Shown: piece after piece, positions 18,570 through 27,747 of the stretch
How positions within the stretch are numbered: the stretch's first letter is position 1
How the letters are laid out: each line of letters opens with the position of its first letter
Assembly: GCA_964441745.1 (NCBI GenBank)
Contig: CAYTYR010000004.1
Location: 62,001 to 113,730 of the forward strand
From: an uncultured Clostridia bacterium
GTDB lineage: Bacteria > CAYTYR01 > UBA6262
Reading direction: 5' to 3'
Length of the DNA: 51,730 bases
Notes under the pieces: generated by a model
Told to the model about the DNA's origin: nothing
Database searches by the model: none
What the model saw: only the letters and a program-made list of their open reading frames with translations
Position numbers and translations under genes: made by a program

Positions 18570-20789
18570 ATGGTCAAAAAAACAGCAACTAAAGATGATG
18601 AAAAGAAACCAAAAAAGATCATAAAAAAGATGGAAACAGCTGCGGTTAAGCCGGAAAAGAAGAAGAAAGCAGCAGCGGTTAAGCCCGTCGAAAAAGAAAA
18701 TAAAAAAGTGAAGAAACCGGTCACTAAGGCGGCTAAAGCAGAAACAGCTCCCAAAGAAAAGAAGACAGTTAAATCCAAGGTTAAGATAGAGACCCCGGTT
18801 AAAGAAGAAACTAAAAAAGTAGAAACAGCCTCAAAACCGGCTCCTCCGGCACACCATAAAGCACCAATTGCCCCCAAACCGGTTAAACCGAAAATTGAGC
18901 CAAAACCTCAAGTAGTACCACCACCACAACCTCCACAACCAACACCGTCACAAGAGGCAGCTCCAGAAGAAAAACCTGTTCCTGTCCCGCCGCCGCCGGT
19001 GGTGCCTGTTGTTGTGGCCAAAATAAAATTAAAAATCCCGCAAATCATCACAGTCGGGGAACTGGCGGAAAAGATCAAGATCAAACCGCCCGAATTAATT
19101 AAAAAACTGATGCAAATAAAGATCCTGGCCACGATCAACCAGCGGCTGGAACCGGAAATAGTTTCGATCATTGCGGAAGATTATGGTTTTGAAGCGGAGA
19201 TAGTTCCTTTATATGGGGAAGAGATCCTGGCTAAGGAAGATGAAAAAGATGATCCGGCCGACCTGGTATCCCGGCCGCCGGTAGTCACTATTATGGGACA
19301 TGTAGACCATGGTAAAACTTCTCTCCTGGACGCGATCCGGGAGACTAATGTAGCGGGCGGGGAAGCTGGCGGGATTACCCAGCACATCGGCGCCTATAAA
19401 GTTAGTTTGCCCAAAGGGGACATTGTCTTTTTGGATACACCGGGACACGAGGCTTTCACGGCCATGCGGGCACGGGGGGCTCAGTCGACGGATATAGTCG
19501 TGCTCGTAGTAGCGGCCGATGACGGGGTTATGCCGCAAACTATTGAAGCGATCAATCATGCCAAAGCTGCCAATGTACCGATTATTGTAGCGGTCAATAA
19601 GATAGATATGCCCGCCGCAAATGTGCAAAAGATCAAGCAAGAATTAGCTGGTATGGACCTGGCTAGTGAAGATTGGGGCGGCAAAACAATTTTTGTGGAA
19701 GTTTCCGCGAAGAAAAAAACTGGTATTGAAACATTGCTGGAAATGATCCTCTTAGAAGCGGAAATGAAGGAATTGAAAGCTAATCCCAAGACTAAAGCCA
19801 GGGGTGTGGTAGTAGAAGCTAAGCTGGATAAAGGCCGGGGGCCGGTGGCTACGCTGCTGGTTCAGAAAGGGACCTTGCATCCGGGAGATCTTTTTGTAGC
19901 TGGACAGATTTACGGCAAAGTGCGGGCCATGCTCAACGATAAACTGGAAAAAGTTTTAGGCGCTGGCCCGGCTACACCGGTAGAGGTGTTAGGCCTGAAT
20001 GGGTTGCCTCAGGCCGGAGATTCATTCCAGGTGGTGGCTGATGAACGCGAAGCCCGCCATATTTCCTCCATGCGGCAAGAGATCAAGAAATTAGACCAAA
20101 TCCACTTGAATAAATCTAAGATCAGCCTGGATGAATTATATGAGCAGATCAAGCAGGGCCAACTGAAGGAACTAAAGATAATTATTAAGGCCGATGTCCA
20201 GGGTTCAGCTGAAGCTTTGAAAGAATCATTGCTTAAACTGCCCAACAAGGAAGTTAAGATCAATGTTATTCATAGCGGGATCGGCGGGATCACGGAAAGC
20301 GATGTCATCCTGGCCAGCATTTCCAATGCCATTATTATCGGTTTTAATGTCCGCCCGCAAGCTGGCATGGAAGCGCTGGTGGAAAAAGAAAAAGTGGATA
20401 TGCGGCTCTACCGCATTATTTACGAAGTCATTGATGATGTGAAAAAGGCGCTGGAAGGCATGCTGGAGCCGGATGTGAAGGAAATAAAACTGGGCCGGGC
20501 CGAAGTACGGCAGATATTCAAGTTACCTAAAGGCGGCGTGATTGCCGGCAGTTATATTAATGAAGGAATGATCCCCCGCACGGCTAATGTGCGGTTGGTC
20601 CGGGATAATGTCGTTATTTTTGAAGGCAAGCTTTCTTCATTACGCCGGTTCAAAGATGATGTCAAGGAAGTAGCTGCCGGCTTTGAATGCGGTATTGGCA
20701 TTGAAAATTTTAATGACCTGAAAGCCGGAGACAGTATCGAAGCGTATAAGCTTGAAAATGTTATGCGTAAACTGGATGCCAATAGCTAA
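18570..20789 (+). CDS. infB: Translation initiation factor IF-2 with Lys/Pro-rich N-terminus
   Basis: [51 protein letters not shown]. Confidence 0.98.
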   Translation: MVKKTATKDDEKKPKKIIKKMETAAVKPEKKKKAAAVKPVEKENKKVKKPVTKAAKAETAPKEKKTVKSKVKIETPVKEETKKVETASKPAPPAHHKAPIAPKPVKPKIEPKPQVVPPPQPPQPTPSQEAAPEEKPVPVPPPPVVPVVVAKIKLKIPQIITVGELAEKIKIKPPELIKKLMQIKILATINQRLEPEIVSIIAEDYGFEAEIVPLYGEEILAKEDEKDDPADLVSRPPVVTIMGHVDHGKTSLLDAIRETNVAGGEAGGITQHIGAYKVSLPKGDIVFLDTPGHEAFTAMRARGAQSTDIVVLVVAADDGVMPQTIEAINHAKAANVPIIVAVNKIDMPAANVQKIKQELAGMDLASEDWGGKTIFVEVSAKKKTGIETLLEMILLEAEMKELKANPKTKARGVVVEAKLDKGRGPVATLLVQKGTLHPGDLFVAGQIYGKVRAMLNDKLEKVLGAGPATPVEVLGLNGLPQAGDSFQVVADEREARHISSMRQEIKKLDQIHLNKSKISLDELYEQIKQGQLKELKIIIKADVQGSAEALKESLLKLPNKEVKINVIHSGIGGITESDVILASISNAIIIGFNVRPQAGMEALVEKEKVDMRLYRIIYEVIDDVKKALEGMLEPDVKEIKLGRAEVRQIFKLPKGGVIAGSYINEGMIPRTANVRLVRDNVVIFEGKLSSLRRFKDDVKEVAAGFECGIGIENFNDLKAGDSIEAYKLENVMRKLDANS

Positions 20790-20793
20790 ATTA

Positions 20794-20927
20794 AAACAAG
20801 TACTAAATTCGAATATCGAAATTCTAAACAAACTAGAAATACGAAATCCAAATGACCAAAACTTAGTACTTGTTTAGTATTTTGAAATTAGGATTTGTTT
20901 AGAATTTAGATATTAGGATTTCGAATT
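20794..20927. repeat. AT-rich heptamer-period inverted repeat element between infB and rbfA
   Basis: Left-arm units resemble AAATNCN and right-arm units NGNATTT. Perfect inverted repeats at 20794-20806/20863-20875 and 20819-20832/20894-20907. Confidence 0.85.
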
Positions 20928-20954
20928 TTATCTAGTATTTTATAGGGGTTATAT

Positions 20955-21320
20955 ATGAACAGACGCGTAGAACGGGTAGCGGAACTGATCAAGCGGGAAA
21001 TGGGCAAGATCATGATCGAGGATTTTAAGAACCAGGAAATCGGTTTTGTCACGATCACTGATGTGGAGCTTACCCCGGACCTGAAACTGGCCAAAGTTTT
21101 CTTTAGCGTTTATGGCCCGCCGGAGAAACAGAAACAAACCCAAAAAATACTAGAAGAGGCCACTCCTTTTTTTCGTAAGGAAATAGGCGGGCGGATACAA
21201 CTAAGATTTGTACCCCAGCTGCGCTTTTGCTATGACCAAACCGCAGAAAAAGCAGAGCATGTTTTTGAGATCTTGAATAAGCTCAAAAAGGAAGAAGAAA
21301 AAAAATGCCCGGGACAGTGA
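20955..21320 (+). CDS. rbfA: Ribosome-binding factor A
   Basis: RRVERVAELIKRE, VTITDVELTPDLK.AKVF, LRFVPQLRF.YD; follows infB. Confidence 0.96.
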   Translation: MNRRVERVAELIKREMGKIMIEDFKNQEIGFVTITDVELTPDLKLAKVFFSVYGPPEKQKQTQKILEEATPFFRKEIGGRIQLRFVPQLRFCYDQTAEKAEHVFEILNKLKKEEEKKCPGQ

Positions 21321-22273
21321 TCAGGGAGATAGTAAAAGCTTTATCTTTAGGCAAGTCGTTCTGTCTCACTTCTCATACCAACCCGGACGGTGATTCAATA
21401 TCCTGTGAAACAGCCATGGCTTTATTCCTGGAACAGCTTGGCAAAAAGAATTATGTGATCGCCAACCGGGATGGCTGCCCGGCGTTATATCGTTTTTTGC
21501 CCCGGGCCGGGAAGATCGTAAAAACTGACCAGGTTAATGGTTCTTTTGATGTAGCCATGATTCTGGACGCCAGCGATATTCAACGGGCCGGAAATATTAT
21601 CGATTTGCCAGTACAAGCTAAAAAAGTGATCGTGATCGACCATCATATGAGCGCAGCTCCATTTGGCGATCTTAATTACCTGGATAAAAGCAGCGCTTCC
21701 TGCGCCGAGCAAATATATAATGTGATTAAAGCCGGAACTAAAAAAATTACCAGGGAGATGGCCATTTGTTTGTATACCGGCTTGGTTACGGAAACCAATA
21801 AGTTCCAGGAAGCCAACACTAATCCAGCCGCTTTAAGGACCGCGGCCTTGCTGGTGGAAGCCGGGGTTGATCCCTGTGAACTGGGCCGCAAGCTTTACGA
21901 AGAGAACAATTTGCCGCAGTTGAGACTGCTGGGCGCCAGCTTGTCAGGGATAGAAATACACCATCAGGGTAAGATAGCAATGGCCGTAGTAACCAGGCAG
22001 TTATTGCGCCAGACCGGGTCCACCGTAGAAGATACAGAGGGCATTATCAGGTACGTCCGTTCGCTGAAAGACGTCAAGGTGGCCATAGTATTAAGAGAAC
22101 AAAATAATGGTTTTAAGGTAAGCCTGCGTTCTAAGGATAATGTCGATGTAAATGCCATTGCGGTTAAATTCGGCGGCGGCGGCCATAAAAAAGCAGCAGG
22201 CTTTTTCCTGGAAGGATCTCTTGCCGCAGTAAAGAAAAAAGTATTTTCCCAGGTTAAAGAACAATTAACATAA
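21305..22273 (+). CDS. nrnA: DHH/DHHA1 bifunctional oligoribonuclease / pAp phosphatase
   Basis: H.NPDGDS, IDHH, VSLRS, FGGGGHKKAAG. Confidence 0.92.
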   Translation: MPGTVIREIVKALSLGKSFCLTSHTNPDGDSISCETAMALFLEQLGKKNYVIANRDGCPALYRFLPRAGKIVKTDQVNGSFDVAMILDASDIQRAGNIIDLPVQAKKVIVIDHHMSAAPFGDLNYLDKSSASCAEQIYNVIKAGTKKITREMAICLYTGLVTETNKFQEANTNPAALRTAALLVEAGVDPCELGRKLYEENNLPQLRLLGASLSGIEIHHQGKIAMAVVTRQLLRQTGSTVEDTEGIIRYVRSLKDVKVAIVLREQNNGFKVSLRSKDNVDVNAIAVKFGGGGHKKAAGFFLEGSLAAVKKKVFSQVKEQLT

Positions 22274-23202
22274 TGAAAATCTATTACGGCTTAAAGAAGA
22301 TAAAAAAACTTCAAAATCCGGTTATTGCTTTGGGTACTTTTGACGGGGTGCACCTGGGCCACCAGCAACTGATCCGGTCGGCAGTGGCGGAAGCCCGGCA
22401 ATCCCAAGGTACCAGCATAGTCCTGACTTTTGACCATATCCCCCGGGAAATACTCAAAAAGAATTCCCGCGGCGTACTCTTGACCACCACTACGGAAAAG
22501 ATCAGCCTGATCAAAAAACTGGGTGTACAGGTTGTGGTAGCGCTGAAATTTAATAAGCGCCTGGCCGGGATGGGCCCGCAGGATTTTGTCCAAGATATCC
22601 TGGTCAAGAAGTTAGGCGTGCATAGCTTGTGGGTGGGAGAAAATTACCGTTTTGGCGCTGGCCAGACTGGCAGTATCGAAACCTTAAAGTTCTTTGGAAA
22701 ACAATGGGATTATGAGGTGAAGGTTCTGCCGACTATATATCGGTATGGACAGAAAGTGTCTTCCAGCAAGATCAGGGAGTTGCTGCGGGCTGGCAAGGTT
22801 AGTACTGCGGCCTTATTCCTGGGACACCGGTATATTTTACGCGGCCGGATCGTCAACGGCCGGGGATTGGGCACGCAATTGAATTTTCCTACGGCCAATC
22901 TGGCTATCGATCCGCGGAAGGTCTTACCGCCGGGAGTATATGCGGCCAGGGCGAAAGTGGGAAATAAATCCTGGCCAGCGGCTGCCTTCATTGGGTATCG
23001 GGCGAGTGTCGAATCGGCATCAAAAGAGCCGGTAGTGGAAGCGCACTTACTGGGTTTCAAAGGCTGGATTTACGGGAAAATAATGGATCTGGACCTGACC
23101 AGGAAAATACGTGAGGTCAGAGTATTCCGTACGCCGGCGTTACTGGCCCGGCAAATAGCCAGGGATGCCGCAGCAGCCGCAAAAATACTGAAACATGAAT
23201 AA
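22273..23202 (+). CDS. ribF: Bifunctional riboflavin kinase / FAD synthetase
   Basis: GTFDGVHLGHQ, VSSSKIRELL, G..LNFPTAN, VEAHLLGF. Confidence 0.96.
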   Translation: MKIYYGLKKIKKLQNPVIALGTFDGVHLGHQQLIRSAVAEARQSQGTSIVLTFDHIPREILKKNSRGVLLTTTTEKISLIKKLGVQVVVALKFNKRLAGMGPQDFVQDILVKKLGVHSLWVGENYRFGAGQTGSIETLKFFGKQWDYEVKVLPTIYRYGQKVSSSKIRELLRAGKVSTAALFLGHRYILRGRIVNGRGLGTQLNFPTANLAIDPRKVLPPGVYAARAKVGNKSWPAAAFIGYRASVESASKEPVVEAHLLGFKGWIYGKIMDLDLTRKIREVRVFRTPALLARQIARDAAAAAKILKHE

Positions 23203-23207
23203 ATCTC

Positions 23208-23236
23208 TTGTAAAAACAATAGTTTTATGCTATATT
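23208..23236 (+). promoter_or_regulatory. Promoter for rpsO-pnp
   Basis: TTGTAA, 17 nt spacer, TATATT with an extended -10 TG. Confidence 0.65.
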
Positions 23237-23327
23237 ATTATTTCTTGTAAGAGAAAATATTCGCCTAATTCGCGGTAATTAGCATTATTCGAAAATATTA
23301 GTACTACTCTAGAGAGGAGTGAAAACC

Positions 23328-23597
23328 ATGGTATTACCCAAAGACAAGAAAAAGGAAGTAATTGAAAAATTCAAGAAGAGCGAAAAAGATACTGGCTCAG
23401 CAGAAGTGCAGGTAGCCCTGATCACTGAACGCATCAACCAGCTTACCGGGCACTTCAAAACCCACAAAAAGGACCATCATTCGCGGCAGGGTTTATTAAA
23501 GCTGGTCGGCCAGAGACGGAGTCTCTTGGATTATCTCAAGAAATATGATTTAACCAAATATCGGGCCATGCTCGATAAACTAGATTTGCGCAAGTAA
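23328..23597 (+). CDS. rpsO: 30S ribosomal protein S15
   Basis: [33 protein letters not shown] 23328 follows GAGGAG. Confidence 0.98.
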   Translation: MVLPKDKKKEVIEKFKKSEKDTGSAEVQVALITERINQLTGHFKTHKKDHHSRQGLLKLVGQRRSLLDYLKKYDLTKYRAMLDKLDLRK

Positions 23598-23645
23598 TCC
23601 CAAGTAGAAGTATTATTTAATAATCTCTATAATTGGTGATGAAAT

Positions 23646-23670
23646 CCTCGTTAGAATTCCTCTAACGAGG
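23646..23670. other. Perfect 10-bp hairpin between rpsO and pnp
   Basis: CCTCGTTAGA-attcc-TCTAACGAGG; no U-tract. Confidence 0.75.
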
Positions 23671-23687
23671 CAAAGAAGGGGAATAAA

Positions 23688-25781
23688 TTGGAAACTAAAA
23701 AGCAATCAGTAAGCGTGGAATTAAACGGTAAAACCTTAAAATTTGAAACCGGCGAGATAGCCAAGCAGGCCCAGGGAGCGGTTGTCGCTACCTATGCCGA
23801 AACAGTAGTGTTGGCTACGGTCGGGATAGCTAATCAACCCAGGGAAGCGATTGACTTTTTCCCGTTGACCGTAGAATACCGGGAAAGAACCTATGCTGCC
23901 GGAAAGATCCCTGGCGGGTTTTTCAAGAGAGAGGGCCGGCCGCGTGAAAAAGAAATATTGACCTCGCGTTTGATCGACCGTCCGCTGCGTCCGCTTTTTG
24001 ACGAGAGATTCCGTAACGAGATACAGGTAATGGTGACTGTGCTCTCAGTGGATACCCAAAATGATCCTGATGTGCTTTCCATCTGTGCCAGCTCCCTGGC
24101 CTTGGGATTAGCCGGGGCGCCGTTTGCCAAGATGGTCGCTGGGGTGAGAGTCGGCAAGATTGAAGGGCAGTTAGTGCTTAATCCAACCATGGATGAATTG
24201 AAAAACAGTTCCTTTGACATTATCATTGCCGGGACTAAAGATGCCGTGACTATGATCGAAGGCGGTTCTTCAGAAGTTTCTGAAGAAGAAGTACTGGAAG
24301 CCATTAAATTCGGCCATAAATATATAAAGGATATAGTTGCCTTACAGGAAGAGCTGCTCCAAAAATGCGGGGCTAAGCCCAACGAATATACTTTTGCGGA
24401 AATAGATTCCGCCCTGAGACAGGATGTGGAAGCTTTGGCCAAACAGTATGTCTTGGCCGCTGTGAAAGTAACTGAGAAAAAGGAACGTGAAGCAGTATTG
24501 GACAAAGGCATTACTGAAACAGTGGCGCACTTTGCTGAAAAATACCCGGAGCAGGAAAAATCGATCAAGCAAGTCATTGATAAAATGTTGGAGAAAGAGA
24601 TCCGCCGGCTGATCCTGGAAGAAAATAAACGGCTGGACGGCCGTACTTTTGACCAGATCCGTGATATTAACGTGCAAGTGGGCGTCTTACCCCGGACTCA
24701 TGGTTCCGCGATATTTACCCGCGGCCAAACCCAGGCTCTGGTGACCACGACTTTAGGTACCATGGATGACCGCCAGATCATGGATGAACTGGAAGGCGAA
24801 TATAAAAAGAAATTCATGCTGCATTATAATTTCCCTCCGTTCGCGACCGGCGAGGTGAAGCCGCTGCGCGGTACCGGCCGGAGAGAAATAGGGCATGGAG
24901 CTTTAGCGGAAAGATCGCTGGCTCCGATCCTGCCGGGAGAGGAAAAATTTCCCTATACGATCAGGATCGTGTCTGATATTCTGGAGTCCAATGGTTCTTC
25001 TTCTATGGCCAGTGTCTGCGGCGGTACTCTTTCTTTGATGGACGCGGGCGTTCCTATTTCTAATCCAGTGGCCGGCATTTCTATCGGTTTGGTTTTGGAA
25101 AAAGATAAACATGCTACTTTTACCGATATAGCCGGACATGAAGACCATTATGGAGATATGGATTTTAAGGTTGCGGGAACACATCATGGTATTACCGCGA
25201 TTCAATTGGATATCAAGGTAGAAGGTCTAAGCTATGAGATTCTGGCTGAAGCCCTGGCCAAAGCCAAAAAAGGACGGCTCTTTATCCTGGATAAAATGAC
25301 CGCTGTCCTGCCAGCCAGCCGCAAGGATATTTCCAGCCTGGCGCCGAAGATCAGCATCATCCAGATACCGACCGACAAGATCAAGTATGTTATCGGGCCA
25401 GGCGGCAAGGTCATTAAGAAAATTATCGAAGATACCAAAGCCGAGATCAATATTGAAGATGACGGCAAGGTGTTTGTCTCTGGACCGAACCAGGAATCAG
25501 TGAACGCGGCACTGGAAATGATCGGTTACCTGACCGCAGACGCAGAGATCGGCCGTAATTATATGGGCAAAGTAACCCGCCTGATGAATTTCGGCGCTTT
25601 TGTCGAGATCCTGCCGGGTAAAGAAGGACTGGTTCATATTTCCCAGTTGGCTGAAGGGCGCACCGAAAAAGTGGAAGATGTAGTCAAGGAAGGCGATGAG
25701 ATCGAAGTTAAGGTAGTGGAAATCGATTCTCAGGGCCGCATCAACCTGAGCCGCAAAGCTGTTTTGCGTGAAAAAAAATAG
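23688..25781 (+). CDS. pnp: Polyribonucleotide nucleotidyltransferase
   Basis: GKIPGGFFKREGRP, RREIGHG, ESNGSSSMASVC, GDMDFKVAG, KH and S1 domains; TTG start. Confidence 0.98.
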   Translation: METKKQSVSVELNGKTLKFETGEIAKQAQGAVVATYAETVVLATVGIANQPREAIDFFPLTVEYRERTYAAGKIPGGFFKREGRPREKEILTSRLIDRPLRPLFDERFRNEIQVMVTVLSVDTQNDPDVLSICASSLALGLAGAPFAKMVAGVRVGKIEGQLVLNPTMDELKNSSFDIIIAGTKDAVTMIEGGSSEVSEEEVLEAIKFGHKYIKDIVALQEELLQKCGAKPNEYTFAEIDSALRQDVEALAKQYVLAAVKVTEKKEREAVLDKGITETVAHFAEKYPEQEKSIKQVIDKMLEKEIRRLILEENKRLDGRTFDQIRDINVQVGVLPRTHGSAIFTRGQTQALVTTTLGTMDDRQIMDELEGEYKKKFMLHYNFPPFATGEVKPLRGTGRREIGHGALAERSLAPILPGEEKFPYTIRIVSDILESNGSSSMASVCGGTLSLMDAGVPISNPVAGISIGLVLEKDKHATFTDIAGHEDHYGDMDFKVAGTHHGITAIQLDIKVEGLSYEILAEALAKAKKGRLFILDKMTAVLPASRKDISSLAPKISIIQIPTDKIKYVIGPGGKVIKKIIEDTKAEINIEDDGKVFVSGPNQESVNAALEMIGYLTADAEIGRNYMGKVTRLMNFGAFVEILPGKEGLVHISQLAEGRTEKVEDVVKEGDEIEVKVVEIDSQGRINLSRKAVLREKK

Positions 25782-25796
25782 GGGAGAAGGCTGATC

Positions 25797-26243
25797 GTGG
25801 GTGAAGAAGATCTCAAAGAAATAAAAAAGGTCTTTAAGTTCATGGTTAAAGAAGATCTGGTAGAACTGGATATACAAGACCAGCAGGGGAAGCTTAAGCT
25901 GAGACGCAAAGAAGAGAAAACCCAGTATTATGCTCCGCTCTCAGCGGCGCCAGTTTCCTCATCGGTGACAAACCAAGCAGTTCCAGAAGCTCATGTCCCG
26001 GCTGGCGCGGTTAAGGTAAATACCCCGTTAGGCGGTGTTTTTTACCGATCTCCAGCTCCGGGGGCAGCCAGTTTTATCACTGAAGGCGATAACATCAAAA
26101 AGGGCCAGACTATCTGTATCGTCGAAGCCATGAAAATGATGAATGAGATCCAGTCAGAGACCAGCGGCAAAGTGATCAAGATCCTGGTGGAAAATGGCCA
26201 GCGTGTGGAAAGTAATCAGCCACTTATCCTGGTAATGCCCTAA
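25797..26243 (+). CDS. accB: Biotin carboxyl carrier protein of acetyl-CoA carboxylase
   Basis: FYRSPAPG and the EAMKMMNEI biotinylation motif. Confidence 0.95.
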   Translation: MGEEDLKEIKKVFKFMVKEDLVELDIQDQQGKLKLRRKEEKTQYYAPLSAAPVSSSVTNQAVPEAHVPAGAVKVNTPLGGVFYRSPAPGAASFITEGDNIKKGQTICIVEAMKMMNEIQSETSGKVIKILVENGQRVESNQPLILVMP

Positions 26244-26251
26244 TTTTTTTC

Positions 26252-26280
26252 TTGACAAAGTCAGTGAGTGTTGATAGTCT
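26252..26280 (+). promoter_or_regulatory. Promoter for the wHTH-spoVG pair
   Basis: TTGACA, 17 nt spacer, TAGTCT with an extended -10 TG. Confidence 0.6.
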
Positions 26281-26330
26281 AATTACAATTGCTTAGTAAA
26301 AACATATTTAGAGCAAAGGAGGTGAAGATC

Positions 26331-26528
26331 ATGATCGATAAAGTTGGTGATTCTGCTGGGAAAATATACCAGTACCTGGAAAAGAACGGTGAGGTTTCCG
26401 TCTTGAAACTTAAAACCGGATTAAAACTATCTAGCAGCCTGGTCTGCATGGGCATTGGCTGGTTAGCTCGTGAAGATAAGCTGAATATCAAAGACGCCAA
26501 GAAAGATGTAAAAGTATCCTTAAAGTAA
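26331..26528 (+). CDS. Small winged helix-turn-helix protein (DUF2582-like)
   Basis: VG..AGKIYQYL...G and MGIGWLAREDKL pattern; strong SD AAGGAGGT before ATG 26331. Confidence 0.8.
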   Translation: MIDKVGDSAGKIYQYLEKNGEVSVLKLKTGLKLSSSLVCMGIGWLAREDKLNIKDAKKDVKVSLK

Positions 26529-26552
26529 TTTAACCTGGGTATGGGGGATTAC

Positions 26553-26846
26553 ATGGCAGTGGAAAAGTCTTTCGAGATAACTGGAGTCAAGATCAAGAAG
26601 GTGAAGAAAGAAGGCAATCTTAAAGCCTGGGCGACTATCACCATTAATGACAGTATTGTGATGCGGGACATCAGGGTTCTGAATGGTGAAAAGGGTTTAT
26701 TCGTCGGGATGCCCGGCCGTAAGAGAAGCGATGGTAAATACAGCGACACTGTCTATATAAAGAATTCCAGTATCAAAGAAGATATCAATAAAGCCATCCT
26801 GGGAATGTATGAAACTACTCCGGATGACGTCAATGATGAACTATAA
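26553..26846 (+). CDS. spoVG: SpoVG-family nucleic-acid-binding protein
   Basis: EITGVKI, LKA.A.ITI, IRVL.G.KGLFV.MP.RK..DG.Y.D. ATG 26553 follows GGGGGA. Confidence 0.88.
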   Translation: MAVEKSFEITGVKIKKVKKEGNLKAWATITINDSIVMRDIRVLNGEKGLFVGMPGRKRSDGKYSDTVYIKNSSIKEDINKAILGMYETTPDDVNDEL

Positions 26847-26877
26847 GCTTTAGCTCATCTTAGTTCGTCCTTGCTTG

Positions 26878-26911
26878 AAAACAACCATATTTATTATGGT
26901 TGTTTTTTTTT
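26878..26911 (+). terminator. Intrinsic terminator after spoVG
   Basis: AAAACAACCATA-tttat-TATGGTTGTTTT followed by a T run. Confidence 0.8.
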
Positions 26912-26941
26912 GTCCCATATGCTATAATAGAAAAGGATTTT

Positions 26942-27733
26942 ATGACTATATTTCAGGCTATTATTTACGGGATTATCCAGGGAGCAGGTGAGTTTTTACC
27001 AATTTCCAGTTCTGGTCACTTGATCGCCATTCCCAAACTTTTGGGCTGGGCTGATCATGGGCTGGAGTTTGATATTGCTTTGCATTGGGGGACCCTGGCC
27101 GCGGTCCTGATCTATTTTTGGCAGGATTGGAAACTGCTCTTAAAAAGCGGGATGCATGGTACCGGGACCAGGGATGGGAAAATGTTCTGGTATTTGATCG
27201 CTGCCACTATTCCCGGCGCAGTTATTGGCTTTCTCTTGGATGATATAGTGGAATCATCCTTCCGTAATATCGGTCTGGTCGGTATCAGCTTGATCATTAT
27301 GGGTATAGTCCTGTATCTTTGTGACCGTTACGGCAGGCAGAATGTGAATCTGAAGCAATTGACTTTTAAACAAAGTATTTGGATCGGTTTTAGCCAGGCC
27401 TTGGCTATTGTCCCCGGGGTTTCCCGTTCCGGCAGCACCATTAGCTGCGCCCGCGTACTGGGGTTGGACCGGGAGAGCGCAGCGCGCTTCTCTTTTTTAC
27501 TTTCCACTCCGATCATCATAGGCTCGGCTCTGGTGCCGTTGAAAAAGATCTACGAGTCTGGTTTATCCATCCCGCTGGAATATTTTTTGGCCGGGATGTT
27601 GACTGCTTCTGTCGTTGGTTTGCTCTGCATCAGGTTTTTTTTGCAGTACCTGAAAAAAGCTGATCTAACTATATTTGTCTGGTACCGGTTTGTATTCGGC
27701 GTGATCCTGCTCTGGTTTTATTTTAATCATTGA
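26942..27733 (+). CDS. uppP: Undecaprenyl-diphosphate phosphatase (BacA)
   Basis: QG..EFLPISSSGHL, PGVSRSGSTI, AARFSFLL. TG-c-TATAAT at 26920-26928 lies upstream. Confidence 0.96.
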   Translation: MTIFQAIIYGIIQGAGEFLPISSSGHLIAIPKLLGWADHGLEFDIALHWGTLAAVLIYFWQDWKLLLKSGMHGTGTRDGKMFWYLIAATIPGAVIGFLLDDIVESSFRNIGLVGISLIIMGIVLYLCDRYGRQNVNLKQLTFKQSIWIGFSQALAIVPGVSRSGSTISCARVLGLDRESAARFSFLLSTPIIIGSALVPLKKIYESGLSIPLEYFLAGMLTASVVGLLCIRFFLQYLKKADLTIFVWYRFVFGVILLWFYFNH

Positions 27734-27747
27734 GAGGCTATTAATAA

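Noticed and set aside
18570-19020. Lys/Ala/Pro-rich region as a separate histone-like gene or repeat element
   Set aside because: It is in frame with IF-2, whose N-terminus is commonly low-complexity and variable.
20790-20940. CRISPR array
   Set aside because: Repeat units are 7 nt and degenerate with no unique spacers, and there are no cas genes.
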